From contig CAJINV010000007.1 in NCBI GenBank assembly GCA_905178155.1, forward strand, positions 4,584,917-4,648,916: 64,000 bases of DNA, read 5' to 3'. Within the stretch, counting starts at the first letter, position 1, and every line of letters begins with the position of its first letter. A program made the translations under genes and the position numbers. The stretch comes from Amoebophrya sp. A120. Taxonomy: Eukaryota > Protista > Dinoflagellata. A model generated the notes under the pieces. The model was not told where the DNA came from and did no database searches. It saw only the letters and a program-made list of their open reading frames with translations. Shown in pieces: positions 1 through 11,292 of the stretch.

Positions 1-18
1 AGAATTGCATGACAACTA
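1..18. mobile_element. Probable end of an introner cut by the window edge
   Basis: The sequence GCATGACAACTA ends in TA, contains the shared GCATGACAA motif and sits where the spliced reading frame stops. Confidence 0.45.
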
Positions 19-588
19 TGGGGTGGGGATGTTTTTCCACGGGATACGCGCTTGCGGGTCTTCTTCGGGGGCAGATTGGCCTGGGGCAGCCACGTGTCGT
101 TTTCCGTCGGGTGGATCTCGATATCAAATGCAAATATGTCTGGGTCTGGAAGATTGCTAGGTTTGTCATGCATATTTTGCATGAACCACGATGCCTGTAA
201 TGCATCGCCTAGCATCACAGATCTTGAGAGGGCTTTCTGATGCGTAATCCGCATGGCAAATGCACTCCCCGCGTAGCACGAACTGGACTCCTTCTGCTGG
301 TAATGCAATACAGATTTTTTTAGAATCCAGAGACAGCATGACGAGTTCGCTCTCGTTGCAGTCTTCCAGCAGACCCAGACATATTTGCAATGCGTACTCG
401 AAGGCGAGCTGCGACGGCAGCTCCACGGCGTGGAACGTCGCGCCCGCGTAGTTGCCGAAGCCGGCGGTCTCGCCCTTCGACGCTTTCAAGGGGTGACACA
501 TGGACACCTGCCGGTAGCTGAAGCACGGCCCACGCGTAGCTTTCTCTTTGGACAGAGAGTCCGAGAAAAAGTGACCCGTGCGAACCAT
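19..588 (-). CDS. Hypothetical protein, 5' part (probably continues past the left edge); introner at 122-396
   Basis: ORF 166..588 runs into the element. Removing the element plus 5 nt gives ...SQLAFE|IHPTENDTWLPQANLPPKNPQARIPWKNIPTP, which then meets another TA-initiated element end at 18. Confidence 0.6.
122..396. mobile_element. Introner family A (275 bp), non-canonical intron
   Basis: TATCAAATGCAAATATGTCTGGGTCTGGAAG...CTTCCAGCAGACCCAGACATATTTGCAATGCGTA; 5-bp direct repeat CTCGA at 117-121 and 397-401. Confidence 0.9.
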
Positions 589-1540
589 GGCGAAGTGAGT
601 CCGATTTGGTTTTGTTTTTCCGAAGTAGTAACAGGGATGATGTAGTCTACTTGGCGTCTATACAATTCTTACGCTTAGTACCGTTTTTTTGGAAAGATGG
701 AGAAGATGGGTATCGATGCAACAGCTCGATAGTTTGATGAAAAGCAATGAGCAGGACGGCAGAAAAATGCAAACAATGTTGAGTAATAACTGCTGTACCT
801 GGAGTTCGTGTTTTGAAGCTCAAAAAGTTAACAGGTTCAACAGAATAAAAGCCAGCGAGAAGTAGATTGAACAGGTGAAGCAGAGTAGTAACCAATTTCA
901 GGACGACACACCAGAACGATGACACCAACAACGAGCACGACGAGATTGGAATTGCGGAGGCAAGAAAAAGAATGAACGAATTTTCTATACGAGCTGTGAA
1001 CGAACGACAACGAATGACGCCAAACTGTCTTTTGTGGATTACTTAAGAAAGATTTTGTCGTGCAGAACGACCTGTTGGTTTCAAAAAGAAAGCGCAAATA
1101 GGAGCGAACAATTCTGATTTTGCTCTTCTTGATTTTCTTGTCCCGTTAGTTTTTCCGGCACGAGAGATTACAAACACAATATGTGCGTTCAGAGCGAAAA
1201 ATATCGTACAGAGCGAAAATTTTCTGTTTGGAGAACAGCCGGATTCTGGCGTGAAGATCAAAGTGACCAAAAGTCGCAAACTTCTACATGTGTTGGTGTT
1301 GCCGCTATTCTGAAGACGGTAAATCACCGTATACTAAAAAGACTGAGCATGCTGATACACCGGCTGGCTCGTCGAGTTCTAGTTTTACTCCTCCTTTGCT
1401 CTGAGGTGGTGAGAAATCCGGATGTAAAGTCGGACGACGGAGACATACCGCACAACAAGAACTCATCTGCAAGAAAGAGCTACTATGTGGTCTTCTGCTG
1501 CAGACACCAGCAGAAGTTGCCCTCCATATCAATTTCAGAC

Positions 1541-3454
1541 TTATCCCTTTTTCAGGAACCCCAAGTAGACTGAAATGTCATCCGGCGTTCCCTTCTGCCA
1601 GCCGCAGCTACCGTCCCCGGCGTTGACGACTAATTGCAGCCCCTCCGCGTTGTAGCAGGCGTGGTACAGGTACTTAATGGAGTCGTCCCCGCTTTCGTTC
1701 GAGTACACTTCTGGTGGCTGCGCAAAGGGGTAGGCCATGTTCGCCACGCACGGTCCGGTCCACGTCGCTTTCGCCAAAGCCTCGCTGACCATGTACTCGC
1801 CTTCTCTCGGTTTGTCCTCTATGCCACCCAGGTTGATCCCCGGTTTGGTTAGCAGCAAGTTTTGTTCCTCCGTTAGCTTGAACGCATACTGCTCTTGTTC
1901 CTTCGCGGGGATGTTGAAGGGGCCGATCGAAAAAGGGTAGCCCGCCGCCAACCGGTTCAAGGGCCACTTCACGTTTTCCCGCAAGCGCACGTAGTGTGTG
2001 TCGTCGGAGCTGATGAAAATGGTGTCCGCGGTTTTGGCGAGGTCTTTTAGCTGCGTCCAGTTTTGGCAGGTCGGGTCGAGCATTTGACCCCCGGTTTGTG
2101 CCTCCGACTGGTCGCGGCCGAAAATGCAGACAAAGTCGTACTTTTCCGTGTCGACTGCCAGGGGGGAACTAGCCTGCGACGCCTGGGACAACTGGGATTT
2201 CGGGGACAACGCGTCGAGGTTCTGCGGGTCGTGATCCAATTCCTGTTGCTCTGGGTCGTTAGCCGTCGTGGCATCTGCTCCGCCTAATGGAAGAGGAGAG
2301 AGTTTCTGCTCTTCCTTATCGTCCTCGCGATAGTTCCGCTGGAAAAACCAGCCGGGCGTCTGGTCGTCCTGTGGCTCGTTCATTTCGACTGCTTCTTTAT
2401 CTTCCTGATTGTTGTTTAACGTCCTGATTTCCATCTCGCGATACTTTCTTTGAAAAAACCAGCCGGGAACGCTCGTAGCGTGCGCTTTCAACACTTCTGC
2501 GTTGACCGAGCTGGCGTTGCTCCGGTTTGTGTCTATCGCAGCGGGGTTGGACGAGGACTCTTTTTGCGAAGTCTCCAAGTCCAGCGAGTTCATCAGGTCC
2601 GTGACAAAAATCGGGGGCGTTATCTTCATCACTGGGGACTTTGGCGGTACCGGGTAGTCGTGACGTGGCATTTTCTCATACCAGTCGTCCTTCCGAAGGA
2701 TTTCGTCCTCCTCCTCCAACAGCGTGACGCGCGGGAGCTTCGGGCCGGATGGGGCTTCGTTCGGCATTTTAGAAGCAGTGCTCTCATCTACTTCGACCGG
2801 TGGCGTTGCAGGCTTCTCCGGGACGTAGCCGACTTCCCCGGGGTAAAAGGTGATTTTCGAAACCGGGTACTGGGGGTAAGCGGACTTTTTGCTCACAGTG
2901 GATTTCACACTCAAAGTTGGTGACAGGGGCGGCTGTTCTTGCTCTTGGTCGTGTACAGCTTGTTGCTGTTGTGCATCATATACATGCTGCTGGTCCGTTA
3001 TTATATCTGGTTCGCCCGCCCCTGCTATAATTTCCGCCGGGGCGGAAGCTGATATCGCTTGTGCTTGTCCTGGCACTTGGCTCGTCGCACCACGAGTGGC
3101 TTCATCTTCCTCCTCTTCTCCCACCAGCGCCGTCCAGTTGTCCCTTGTCCGCAGCAAAGCCTCTTCCTCGTTGGCGAAGTTCCGTCTACCGCTTGGGCCG
3201 GCGCCCACTTCCCGGTCGTACAAGACGTTCTTGTACAGATTTTCCCGCTCCACGGCCAAGAAGTCGTCCAGTAATTTCTTCCGCTCCGCCGGGCCGTACA
3301 GCGCATCTAATACCGAAGCCTTCGGAGGAACGAAGTCGGACGTCGCGTCCAGCGGACGGGCGAGCTCGTTGCGCAGCGACTCGCCCATCGTGGGGCCGTT
3401 CCACCCCGAAAGGCCCAACTCGTAGGTGGTCAGGGCTGTGATAATTGTGTTCAT
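1541..3454 (-). CDS. Hypothetical protein (637 aa), acidic/Pro-rich middle, globular C-terminus
   Basis: Long uninterrupted ORF, co-oriented with its neighbours; duplicated PGWFFQRxYRE motif; no family recognised. Confidence 0.75.
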   Translation of the reverse strand: MNTIITALTTYELGLSGWNGPTMGESLRNELARPLDATSDFVPPKASVLDALYGPAERKKLLDDFLAVERENLYKNVLYDREVGAGPSGRRNFANEEEALLRTRDNWTALVGEEEEDEATRGATSQVPGQAQAISASAPAEIIAGAGEPDIITDQQHVYDAQQQQAVHDQEQEQPPLSPTLSVKSTVSKKSAYPQYPVSKITFYPGEVGYVPEKPATPPVEVDESTASKMPNEAPSGPKLPRVTLLEEEDEILRKDDWYEKMPRHDYPVPPKSPVMKITPPIFVTDLMNSLDLETSQKESSSNPAAIDTNRSNASSVNAEVLKAHATSVPGWFFQRKYREMEIRTLNNNQEDKEAVEMNEPQDDQTPGWFFQRNYREDDKEEQKLSPLPLGGADATTANDPEQQELDHDPQNLDALSPKSQLSQASQASSPLAVDTEKYDFVCIFGRDQSEAQTGGQMLDPTCQNWTQLKDLAKTADTIFISSDDTHYVRLRENVKWPLNRLAAGYPFSIGPFNIPAKEQEQYAFKLTEEQNLLLTKPGINLGGIEDKPREGEYMVSEALAKATWTGPCVANMAYPFAQPPEVYSNESGDDSIKYLYHACYNAEGLQLVVNAGDGSCGWQKGTPDDISVYLGFLKKG

Positions 3455-3591
3455 GATTTTTTTGTTAGATTTGGAGCAGTGGCAGTACTAGAGCCGTCAC
3501 CTTCATTTTTCTTTCTAGGCATGTTCGCTAATTTAGGTCGTGGTGCTTGCAACTAGTTCACGAAGATTGGCGCAAAAAGATTTTTACAGTC

Positions 3592-6194
3592 TCAGAAATT
3601 GAAATAGATACCTCTCGCCTCTTTCACCGGTGAATTGAGGACGGTGTTGATGCCCATGAAATCTTCGTACAATGCTCTTTGGTGCTGGAGCTGCACGTTA
3701 TGCGCTTCGCGTTTTAACCCGTCCATCTGCACGCGAATGTCCACCCGCTGCTGTTTCGACTGCTCCTTCAAGCCATCCAGTTCCTGCTGCATGGACTCGT
3801 TGTTCGCCTTGTGCAGCCGGAGAATCTGCGACTCCCGACTCGCGACGAGGTCGGACGTCTTCAGTCGCAAGTGGCTGTAGGGATCATTGTTCTGGTTTGC
3901 TGCTCGGCTCTGCAAGGGACTGTAGTGCCGGGCGTTTGTGACCGGGAAGGGAGAGGAAGGTGCTGTTGGTAGTTGTCCTTTATTTATTATTCGGTCTCCC
4001 CCTGCTTGTTCCTCTTCGCGAAGACTTGCGATCGTACCCTGCAGCATGCTGTGGTACTCTTCCTGCATTTGGCCGTCCCGAGCCAACGCCGAGCCAAATT
4101 TTGGGTAGGCGTCCGGAAACCGCTCGTGGTGAAAGAACGAAACCTTCGGCGGCCCGACGGTCGTATCAACAAACGGGGGCCGCAGGTTCACGTAGTCGTT
4201 CTCCCACTCGTCGCGCAACTTCTCGTACTCCAACTGCCTTTTCTCGGTACTCACATCGTAGGGTCGCTGGTCGTTCACGTCCCGGCCCATCGGCTTGGAC
4301 TCCGACCGCATGTCGCTGTCGGTCACGACGTTGAACTCGTTTCGCAGGTACAAATCTGCCTCCGACGGCGGGGAGTGCAGAACCTTCGTGTTCCCCCGGG
4401 AGGGCGGCGGGGTCCCGTCCGGCGTTTTCTGTACGTTATTGGCCTTCTTCCAGGCTGCCCACTCCGCGTCAATGTCGATCTTTTTCTTCTTTGTGCTGGA
4501 TGCGGCGGTCTTGTGCTGGTGCTGCGTTGGTGATGAAGTAGATGTGTTGCTGGTTTTTGACGCCGGCCCCTTTGTTGGCGTAGTAGTTGCACTAGTCTTG
4601 CTCTTTCTGCTCGCGGAAGGACCTCCGCTCGCTGTAGCTACCATGGGAGAAAGAGACGATGCAAACGCGTTATTATTTCCCGGCTTCCCTTGCTCAACAC
4701 CTGTGGACGTTTGCGTGTTTTTCCCTTTCCGCATCTCCATCTCGTACTTCCGGACCATTTCCTCGCGTTCGAGCACGATTTTTCGGTCCAGCTGCTCTTG
4801 CTCCTGCTTCTCCCGGTGCTTTTCCAGTTCCTTGCGCAGGCGCTTCTCCTGGATCTGCCGACTCAGCTCCGTCTGGAGCTCTTTCTGCACGATCTGCGAC
4901 CGTTTCGGGCTGCTGTACACCCCCAACCCGGCGAACAAGCCCGGGCCGAACTCCTTCCCCGGCCCGGCAAACATCTGCACCTGGAAGTCGTCCCGCGTGT
5001 TGCGATTCTCGAACGGGTCAAACGTCCTGCGGTTCTGGTTCTGGTGCGCGAAGGAGGTCTTCGGCGAGTGACTGCGGGGAGACCGGGACCGCGGGGACTG
5101 CGGTCGGGAGGCGTTCTGGACTTGTTGATACTGCTCTTCATACGTGTACAGATTTTGCACCATTTGCTGGTCTACTTCTACCCCACCTCCGGCTGGCGAC
5201 AAAGGTCTTGCGGACGCCGGCCCGGGAGCAGGGGAGTGATACTGACTACCGCCCCCGTATTCGCTGTTGCTGTATACCGCCTCCTTGCTGCTATCGTAGG
5301 GCCGCCCGGCCGGAATGTCGCCCTCGGTGAGCAGGGGGGAAATTTTGTACCCCCGGTCCCGGTTGTTCCAGCCTCGGTTGTGTTTGAACCCGTCTTCGGG
5401 CGAGGCTTGTAGGTGTTGCTTTTCCAACTCGATTTCCCTCCTTCGCTGCTCCTTCTCCTTCTTCTTTTTCTCCGCGATCTGTCGCTCCAGCTCCAACCGG
5501 TACAGCTGCTGCTTTTTCGCCAGCAGATCCGCTTGCACGTTGGACATGGAAGGGGAGGCCGGGTTCACCGGCAGGGCGCCAGGCACGTGGCGGTTGGAGG
5601 AGGTGCCGTAGGTGGAGCCGATTTGAGACCTGTGAGGTATGTAATGGTAAAATATTGGTAAAATGACCGTTTTTTTTACTTACTATGTTTTGCCGTGGCC
5701 GGCGTGTGGTGGTCATTTTCGCCCTTTGATTTACGTTTTTTACTCGCAAGATATTAGAGCTGCATTTTGATTTTTCATTTTTGCGTTCATGATTCTAATT
5801 CTGCAACAAGTTTGAAACACAAACAGTGTCGAGAAACACATTCATCTATGTACCTTCGCATCGTGTTGCTAAACGCCAAATCCGTGTTTTCGCCCTTGGG
5901 CCGGGGCCTGGGCGACTGCGTGTGGATTCCAAGCTCCATGATCCCGCCGCGACCCTGCCACTGCTGCTTCCGGAGGTCGTCCTCCAGTTCTAATCTGTAC
6001 CGGTCGAGCGAATCTGGGTTTTGTTGGTCTAGCTCGGAGCCCGCAATGAAGGTCATTTTGCTGTGGTGTTGATGCTCCCCGGGAGGCGCTGGAGAGCGAG
6101 AGCTCGTCGTGTTTTTGCTGGCAGAGTTGTTGTACACATGCCCGCGACGCGGCGTATACCGCGTCCAAGGCTGGCTACTCGAAGCGCTGTGCAT
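3592..6194 (-). CDS. Coiled-coil protein (~792 aa) with CCDC66/CSPP1-like 'YxxELxxQIxEK' segments; GT-AG intron 5630-5853
   Basis: ORFs 5787..6194 and 3592..5586 join in frame through GTACAT...TCACAG (FSNTMR|RSQIGSTYG). Motifs YRLELERQIAEKKKK and ELSRQIQEKRLRKE. The family call is tentative. Confidence 0.65.
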
Positions 6195-7165
6195 AGTTGA
6201 CTCGTCTATGACAATGATTCGTCAGTGCTTTATTTTCAGGGTACATGACAGGACACGACGAGATGAGCGTGATCCTGCTTCTGTGAGAGCGTCATAAGCA
6301 CTGCTCTTGCAGCTCAACTTAGATGCTAGAAGCAGTGGTCGCTACGTGGCAGTGGTTGGATTGAATGTCAAAGGGTAGGTGCGCCTTTTTGGAGAAACAA
6401 CAAGGGGATCATGTTCGTATATTTCAGTGAAGCTGAGTGCCGGGAAAAAAGTTACCCAAAAATGGCTTTACTTTTATTTAGAAGTGAGCCCAGGAAGATT
6501 TGGGCTGCTTGTTCAGTGTATCAAAAACAACGACGCAACGGCTTGGCACGACTAGCTTTTGAACGATGAATTTATTTATTGGACGAAACAGAAACTATCT
6601 TTTGCACGACATGATAAATGTCCGAATTTGTCTTTGCACGACCAGCACGGTGAGACCAATCTGAAAGACTTAGACTTGCAAAAATGGAGCTCGGGTTCAC
6701 TTTTTAACTTTTGTAGTTAGTAGTACGTTACCGTTTGCAATGAAAAAAGTTATTTTGGTAAACAGAAACTTCAACAGCCTGCGCGCTTCGGCACCGACAA
6801 GGGCCACTTCGGCACCGACATGTCAATCTAAGGCTGACCGGCCGACCGAAAAGAGGAGCGAGTTGTGTAGTGCTCAGTGCGACCCACTGTTTTTACAACC
6901 GAAAAAATGAGTGGAGCGGCTTCCCAGCTCGTTCGCAAACACTTCCAAGAGGACTCAGACCAAAGGACAAAAATGACAGAGCAACCGAAAGATGAACGTG
7001 GTGGAGAGAGCATAGCTGTTGCAGATTCGGCACATGAAAAAACAGCACAGGTTTTGTTTCGATTTCAGCTCACCGCTGGATACATATTTTCGCTTCTTTT
7101 TATTTCTGCACCTGTCGCTGTAAGATTTCTAGAAATATGAAGATTTTGCGCAAAAAAAGTCCTCT

Positions 7166-7831
7166 TCACACAAAACTGCGAACGTATTTGATTCCTTTCG
7201 CCTTCAACAAGTGATGTCCGGACTCTACATGTTCCCCGCCCAGACTGTGGATCAAGTGTTCGGGTCTCCTAAGCCCGCGATTCCGCATGTCCTGGTTGTG
7301 CACGGAACTCATGTTGCAGTACTTTGCCCGGTATCAAATGCAAAAATGTCTGGGCCTGGAACTTTGCTCGACTTGTCATCCAGGTTTTCCATGACCCATG
7401 TGATCTGTAACGCAGAACCTAGCATAACAGATTTCGCGAGATCACTGTCATGCCTGTCCTGCATTGGAAATTGCCTCTCAACTTAATCAAAAGTGGGTAG
7501 CATTTGGTAATCACGCAACACAGATTTTTGCGTGGTTCAGATTTAGCATGACAAGTTCCAACCTTCCAGACCCAGACATTTTTGCAATTCATACCCGGTC
7601 CCGGTCCGGCCGCAGGTTCCCGGGCGTTTGCGGATACCGCGGAAATCCGTACCGATCCAGATGCGCCGGGTGCGTAAACCGGCTCGCTTCCTGGAAGGGC
7701 TGATTGCACAGCCACTCCGAGATAGACTTGTCCTCCCAGTCCCACGTGTTTTTTTTGTACTTCCGGAGCCGCTTGCACCAATTTTCCCGGTGCCCGGGGC
7801 GGATGAAAAGAACACGGGATGAGTGGAGCAT
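7166..7831 (-). CDS. Small basic protein (~132 aa), possibly mitochondrion-targeted; introner at 7332-7593
   Basis: MLHSSRVLFIRPGHRENWCKRLRKY...RPDRDR|AKYCNMSSVHNQDMRNRGLRRPEHLIHSLGGEHVESGHHLLKAKGIKYVRSFV* after removing the element plus 5 nt (399 nt CDS). Confidence 0.7.
7332..7593. mobile_element. Introner family A (262 bp)
   Basis: TATCAAATGCAAAAATGTCTGGGCCTGGAA...TTCCAGACCCAGACATTTTTGCAATTCATA; direct repeat CCCGG on both sides. Confidence 0.9.
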
Positions 7832-8379
7832 GATTGGGTGGAAGAAGTACTAGTTCCAAAATGTTAATAGAAACTGCACGAGGAAGGAGCGTTCATGATC
7901 GCGGAACTTGCGAAAGATAGAACAAAAAACGTTATTACTCAACTTGAAGATCATCTACATCCCAGCTTGTAACTCCACCAAGGAAGGAAAGCCAGGAGGA
8001 TGCAGCAAACACAATTGTCTGACGCGGTGTAGTGTTGAAGAAAATGAACAAAATGAAAATGTTGGGGTGGTGCGCGTTGCCGTTGGCTGTAGTACAGACA
8101 TAAAACGAAAAACCAATGAACACCACTTCATTTGCAGCAAGCGGCACCACTTCATCTAACCCAGCGTTTACGTCGCTTCCTCCCCGCGATTTTGCTTTGT
8201 GTGATTCATTCCATGTACTGTCCAATGAGAAATCGACTAGTCCACTTCGTGCGCGTGGTTGGCCGTGGATACTGTATTTTTCGAAAGTTTATTCCGTTTT
8301 CGTTCCCCCGGAAAAAAAAAAAACTAGAACTAGGAAAAGGAAAAACCGAAATCGCGACTCAACTTCTAAATCTTGAGTT

Positions 8380-10398
8380 TTACTTCTTTGCCTCCTCAAC
8401 CACAGCCACGGTTTCCCGTCCATCATCTGCTGGCTGATCCTCTACAGCGACACCCCCCGAAAGCTCAATTTTCGTCACTTGGTACTCCACCAGGGCCGTC
8501 TGTAAATCGCTGAGCACCCGAGTGGTCGAAGAGGATTTTAAGAAGGGGAGCACCACACTCTCCTCCGCGGGTTGGATACTTTCGTAGTTGTTCACGCCCA
8601 GGAGCTTGATGAAGAAGTCTTCCAGCTGCACCAGATCCTGCACGCTGGCCAGCAGGGTGGTGCCGAGCAACACGAGGTCGAGACAGTCGATCAGGGATTC
8701 CAGGAAATTCAGGTCGATGCCGATCTTCTGTTCCTCTGTGGAAGAGATCTTTTTGCTAGTTGTACTCTTGGACGAAGTTGTTGCGGTTTTATTTTCCGTT
8801 GTTCCATTTGTATTTGATGCCGAGTTTTGGTTTCTTTCATCTGCCGGCGACGTTGACGCGTCTTCTTCTGCGGTTCCAGTTTGTAGTTCTCCGGTCGTCG
8901 CATTGTTTGCCGAGAACAGATATGCATTGCAAAAGTATCGCACTCGTATCAATCTATTTCTATAAATGCATTACAAATTTCCCCAGCATGAGAACTGGAC
9001 TTTGTCATGCTGTTTTACCTTAAGGACAAGATTTGTCATGCATAGTTGCAATTAGTACGAGTACGCTACTTTTGCACAGGATAACAGAATTGTAGCAGTT
9101 TTCGCAAATGCCACGCTGTTCTCAATCAGACGCAGAATCTCCGGCGCAAGCTTGTTCTGCGGAGAGGAAAAGGACTTATTCGAAAGTCGGGCGTTGTCCG
9201 CTTCAACAACGGCGGTTTGATGTTCGTCACCGTCAGCAGGTTGATCTTCACTTCGACTTCCTGTCATGCCTTGCTGATTGTTTCCGGCGGCGGGCGTCGT
9301 AATGATTTCCTGCTGCATGCGTTTGCGCGCCCGAAACATCGCCGCTTTTCTCGCTTTCCGCAGGGCGATGTCTTTCAGCGCCAGCAGCGCGTTCTGCAGG
9401 GAGAACACGGATTCGTCCACACTCATGTCCCGTAATTCGTCCTGAAACGTCAACAGCATGTCGTGGGAGCTGCGCGAATCGAGCTGCGCCAGCTTCTATC
9501 AAATGTAAAAATGTCTGGGTCTGGAAGAATCCAACTTGTCATGCTGATTTTGGATTCTAAAAAAATCTGTATTGCATGAGCAGCAAAGAGAGTCCAAGTT
9601 TTGCTACACGGAAAGAGCATTTGTCATGCAGTATAGGCATCAGGAAGCCCTCACAAAAACTGTGATGCTAGGGCATGCATCAGAGACATCAGGAGTCATG
9701 CAAAATGTGCATGACAAACTTGGCAATCTTCCAGACCCAGACATTTTTACATTTGATAGCTTCGGGCAGACCACGTCCAGCGGCTGGTCGCGGTACTTGT
9801 GTCGCTGCACCGTCTTCGTCTTGGTGTACTCCAAAAATGCCCGGTCGTTGTCCACGTAACCAATGCTGGCGGGGTTTGCATCCGCGATATCCTTCCGGAG
9901 GATTTGCAAGCCGGACCGCTGGGAATAGGCGGCTTGCGGCGACGCATTCTGCATCTTCAGCATTTTCGCAGCATCGGACGTGGACAGTGATGCGAATTCC
10001 GGTACGTGGCTTATGTCGTTTTGATGAACTTGAAGTTGAGGAGAGTTCGGATTTGTCTCCACGACCGCGTTTTCCTTGCTTAAAGGCCCGTCCTTCTCCT
10101 TGTCCGGTTGAACCTGCTCTGGAGTATTTGTAATCGTCAGATCCGTCCCGAAAGGGTTCGCGTTCTGCCGCTTTTTGCGTACGAGCGCCTTGTGCTTGAT
10201 CGCGTCCCGGTCCCGAAGAACCGCGAGCGTGTTGTGGTCCATGGCAAGCGCACCATCACCGACGGTGTCATCGCGTCGCTCTTGCTGTTGGGCGCCAAAA
10301 AGAGGGACTCCACTTCCCTTGTTGTGCAACCGGTTTTCTTGACTGTTGTAATCTTCCTCCTCATCAGGGCTCAGGATCCGGACACTTGTGCTCTGCAT
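8380..10398 (-). CDS. Hypothetical protein (~527 aa), two introner introns
   Basis: ORFs 9640..10398, 9052..9459 and 8380..8952 fuse in frame (VVCPK|LAQLDSRSSHDMLLTF; TATIL|FSANNAT); spliced length 1584 nt. Confidence 0.75.
8921..9083. mobile_element. Introner family B (163 bp)
   Basis: TATGCATTGCAAAAGTATCGCACTCGTA...TACGAGTACGCTACTTTTGCACAGGATA; direct repeat ACAGA. Confidence 0.9.
9497..9758. mobile_element. Introner family A (262 bp), perfect ~32-bp TIR
   Basis: TATCAAATGTAAAAATGTCTGGGTCTGGAAGA...TCTTCCAGACCCAGACATTTTTACATTTGATA; direct repeat GCTTC. Confidence 0.95.
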
Positions 10399-11292
10399 TT
10401 TACTTTTATGCGAGGTGAATGAAGATGTAGTTGTAGATGAATCTTAAATGGCAATGAATGAAATCAGATGTTGTTGACCAGAACAGGGGAACAAACAGGG
10501 GAAGGGAAAATTTCAATCGAATTACAAGTACTGTAGATAGAACGTGCTGCAACCTTAAAAGAGAAAACCAACCTAGTATTGTCTGTGGCAACACAAACGA
10601 GGGGAGAAATTGTAGTGAGAGGAATTATGATTCACAAGGGAGCGCGATGTAGTTGTAGCCTGACAGCTTCATGCAAGAACGCGACTCACCTCTCTTTATA
10701 AATGAGTTCGGGATTTGAAGCTATTACACGGAAACGGAAACGACGATGTAGCCGACCGATACTACTGCACAACGACACCATGACCGAGAAAGAAAACACG
10801 GCCATCACGACTTTTCATCTTCGCTGATCGGACCGAAGCGGGCAGAAGTGCGTACCTACCGAAACCGAGAGTTTCATCATTTTTGCGCATTAAGCCGATC
10901 GCTTCTTGTTCTTCTTCTTGTTTAATACGCGTCTAACAACCACCGAGCGTCGATTCATCAAAGTGTCTCCGACGTTCTTTCTGACCGAATCATCAGGAGC
11001 ATGATCAGGATGTCTTCTGCATATTTATACGAATGTGCAGCTGTGCTGACCGATACTGGTTTTCAACGCAGATGATGAATATCAAACTCGGAATATCATC
11101 AACAGCATACACGAACTACGAGGACCACGCACGGTTCATATCGTCATGGAATAGGAGCCCAGTGGTACTAGCAGGCGCAACCTCAGCGGTGGTCGTGTTC
11201 ATGCCTGACAGCTACTGAAAGTGCAACATCTTTATAACTTATGTGACAACTTCAACAACAGCTTTTACGCGTGGCTGTTTCATCAATCATCT

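Noticed and set aside
52-240. Recurrent peptides such as MSGSGRL, KMSGPG, QKYRTR and RVRYFC as a protein family
   Set aside because: They are translations of introner TIRs read through from adjacent frames.
6456-6470. Dinoflagellate spliced-leader relic (CCAAAAATGGCT)
   Set aside because: The match is too short and imperfect to distinguish from chance.
6787-6821. 14-bp direct repeat CTTCGGCACCGACA
   Set aside because: Only two copies with no associated structure; probably local slippage.
9497-9758. Tc1/mariner-type MITEs with a TA target duplication
   Set aside because: The empty sites (56438, 56481) contain no TA and show one copy of a 5-bp sequence, so TA belongs to the element and the TSD is 5 bp.
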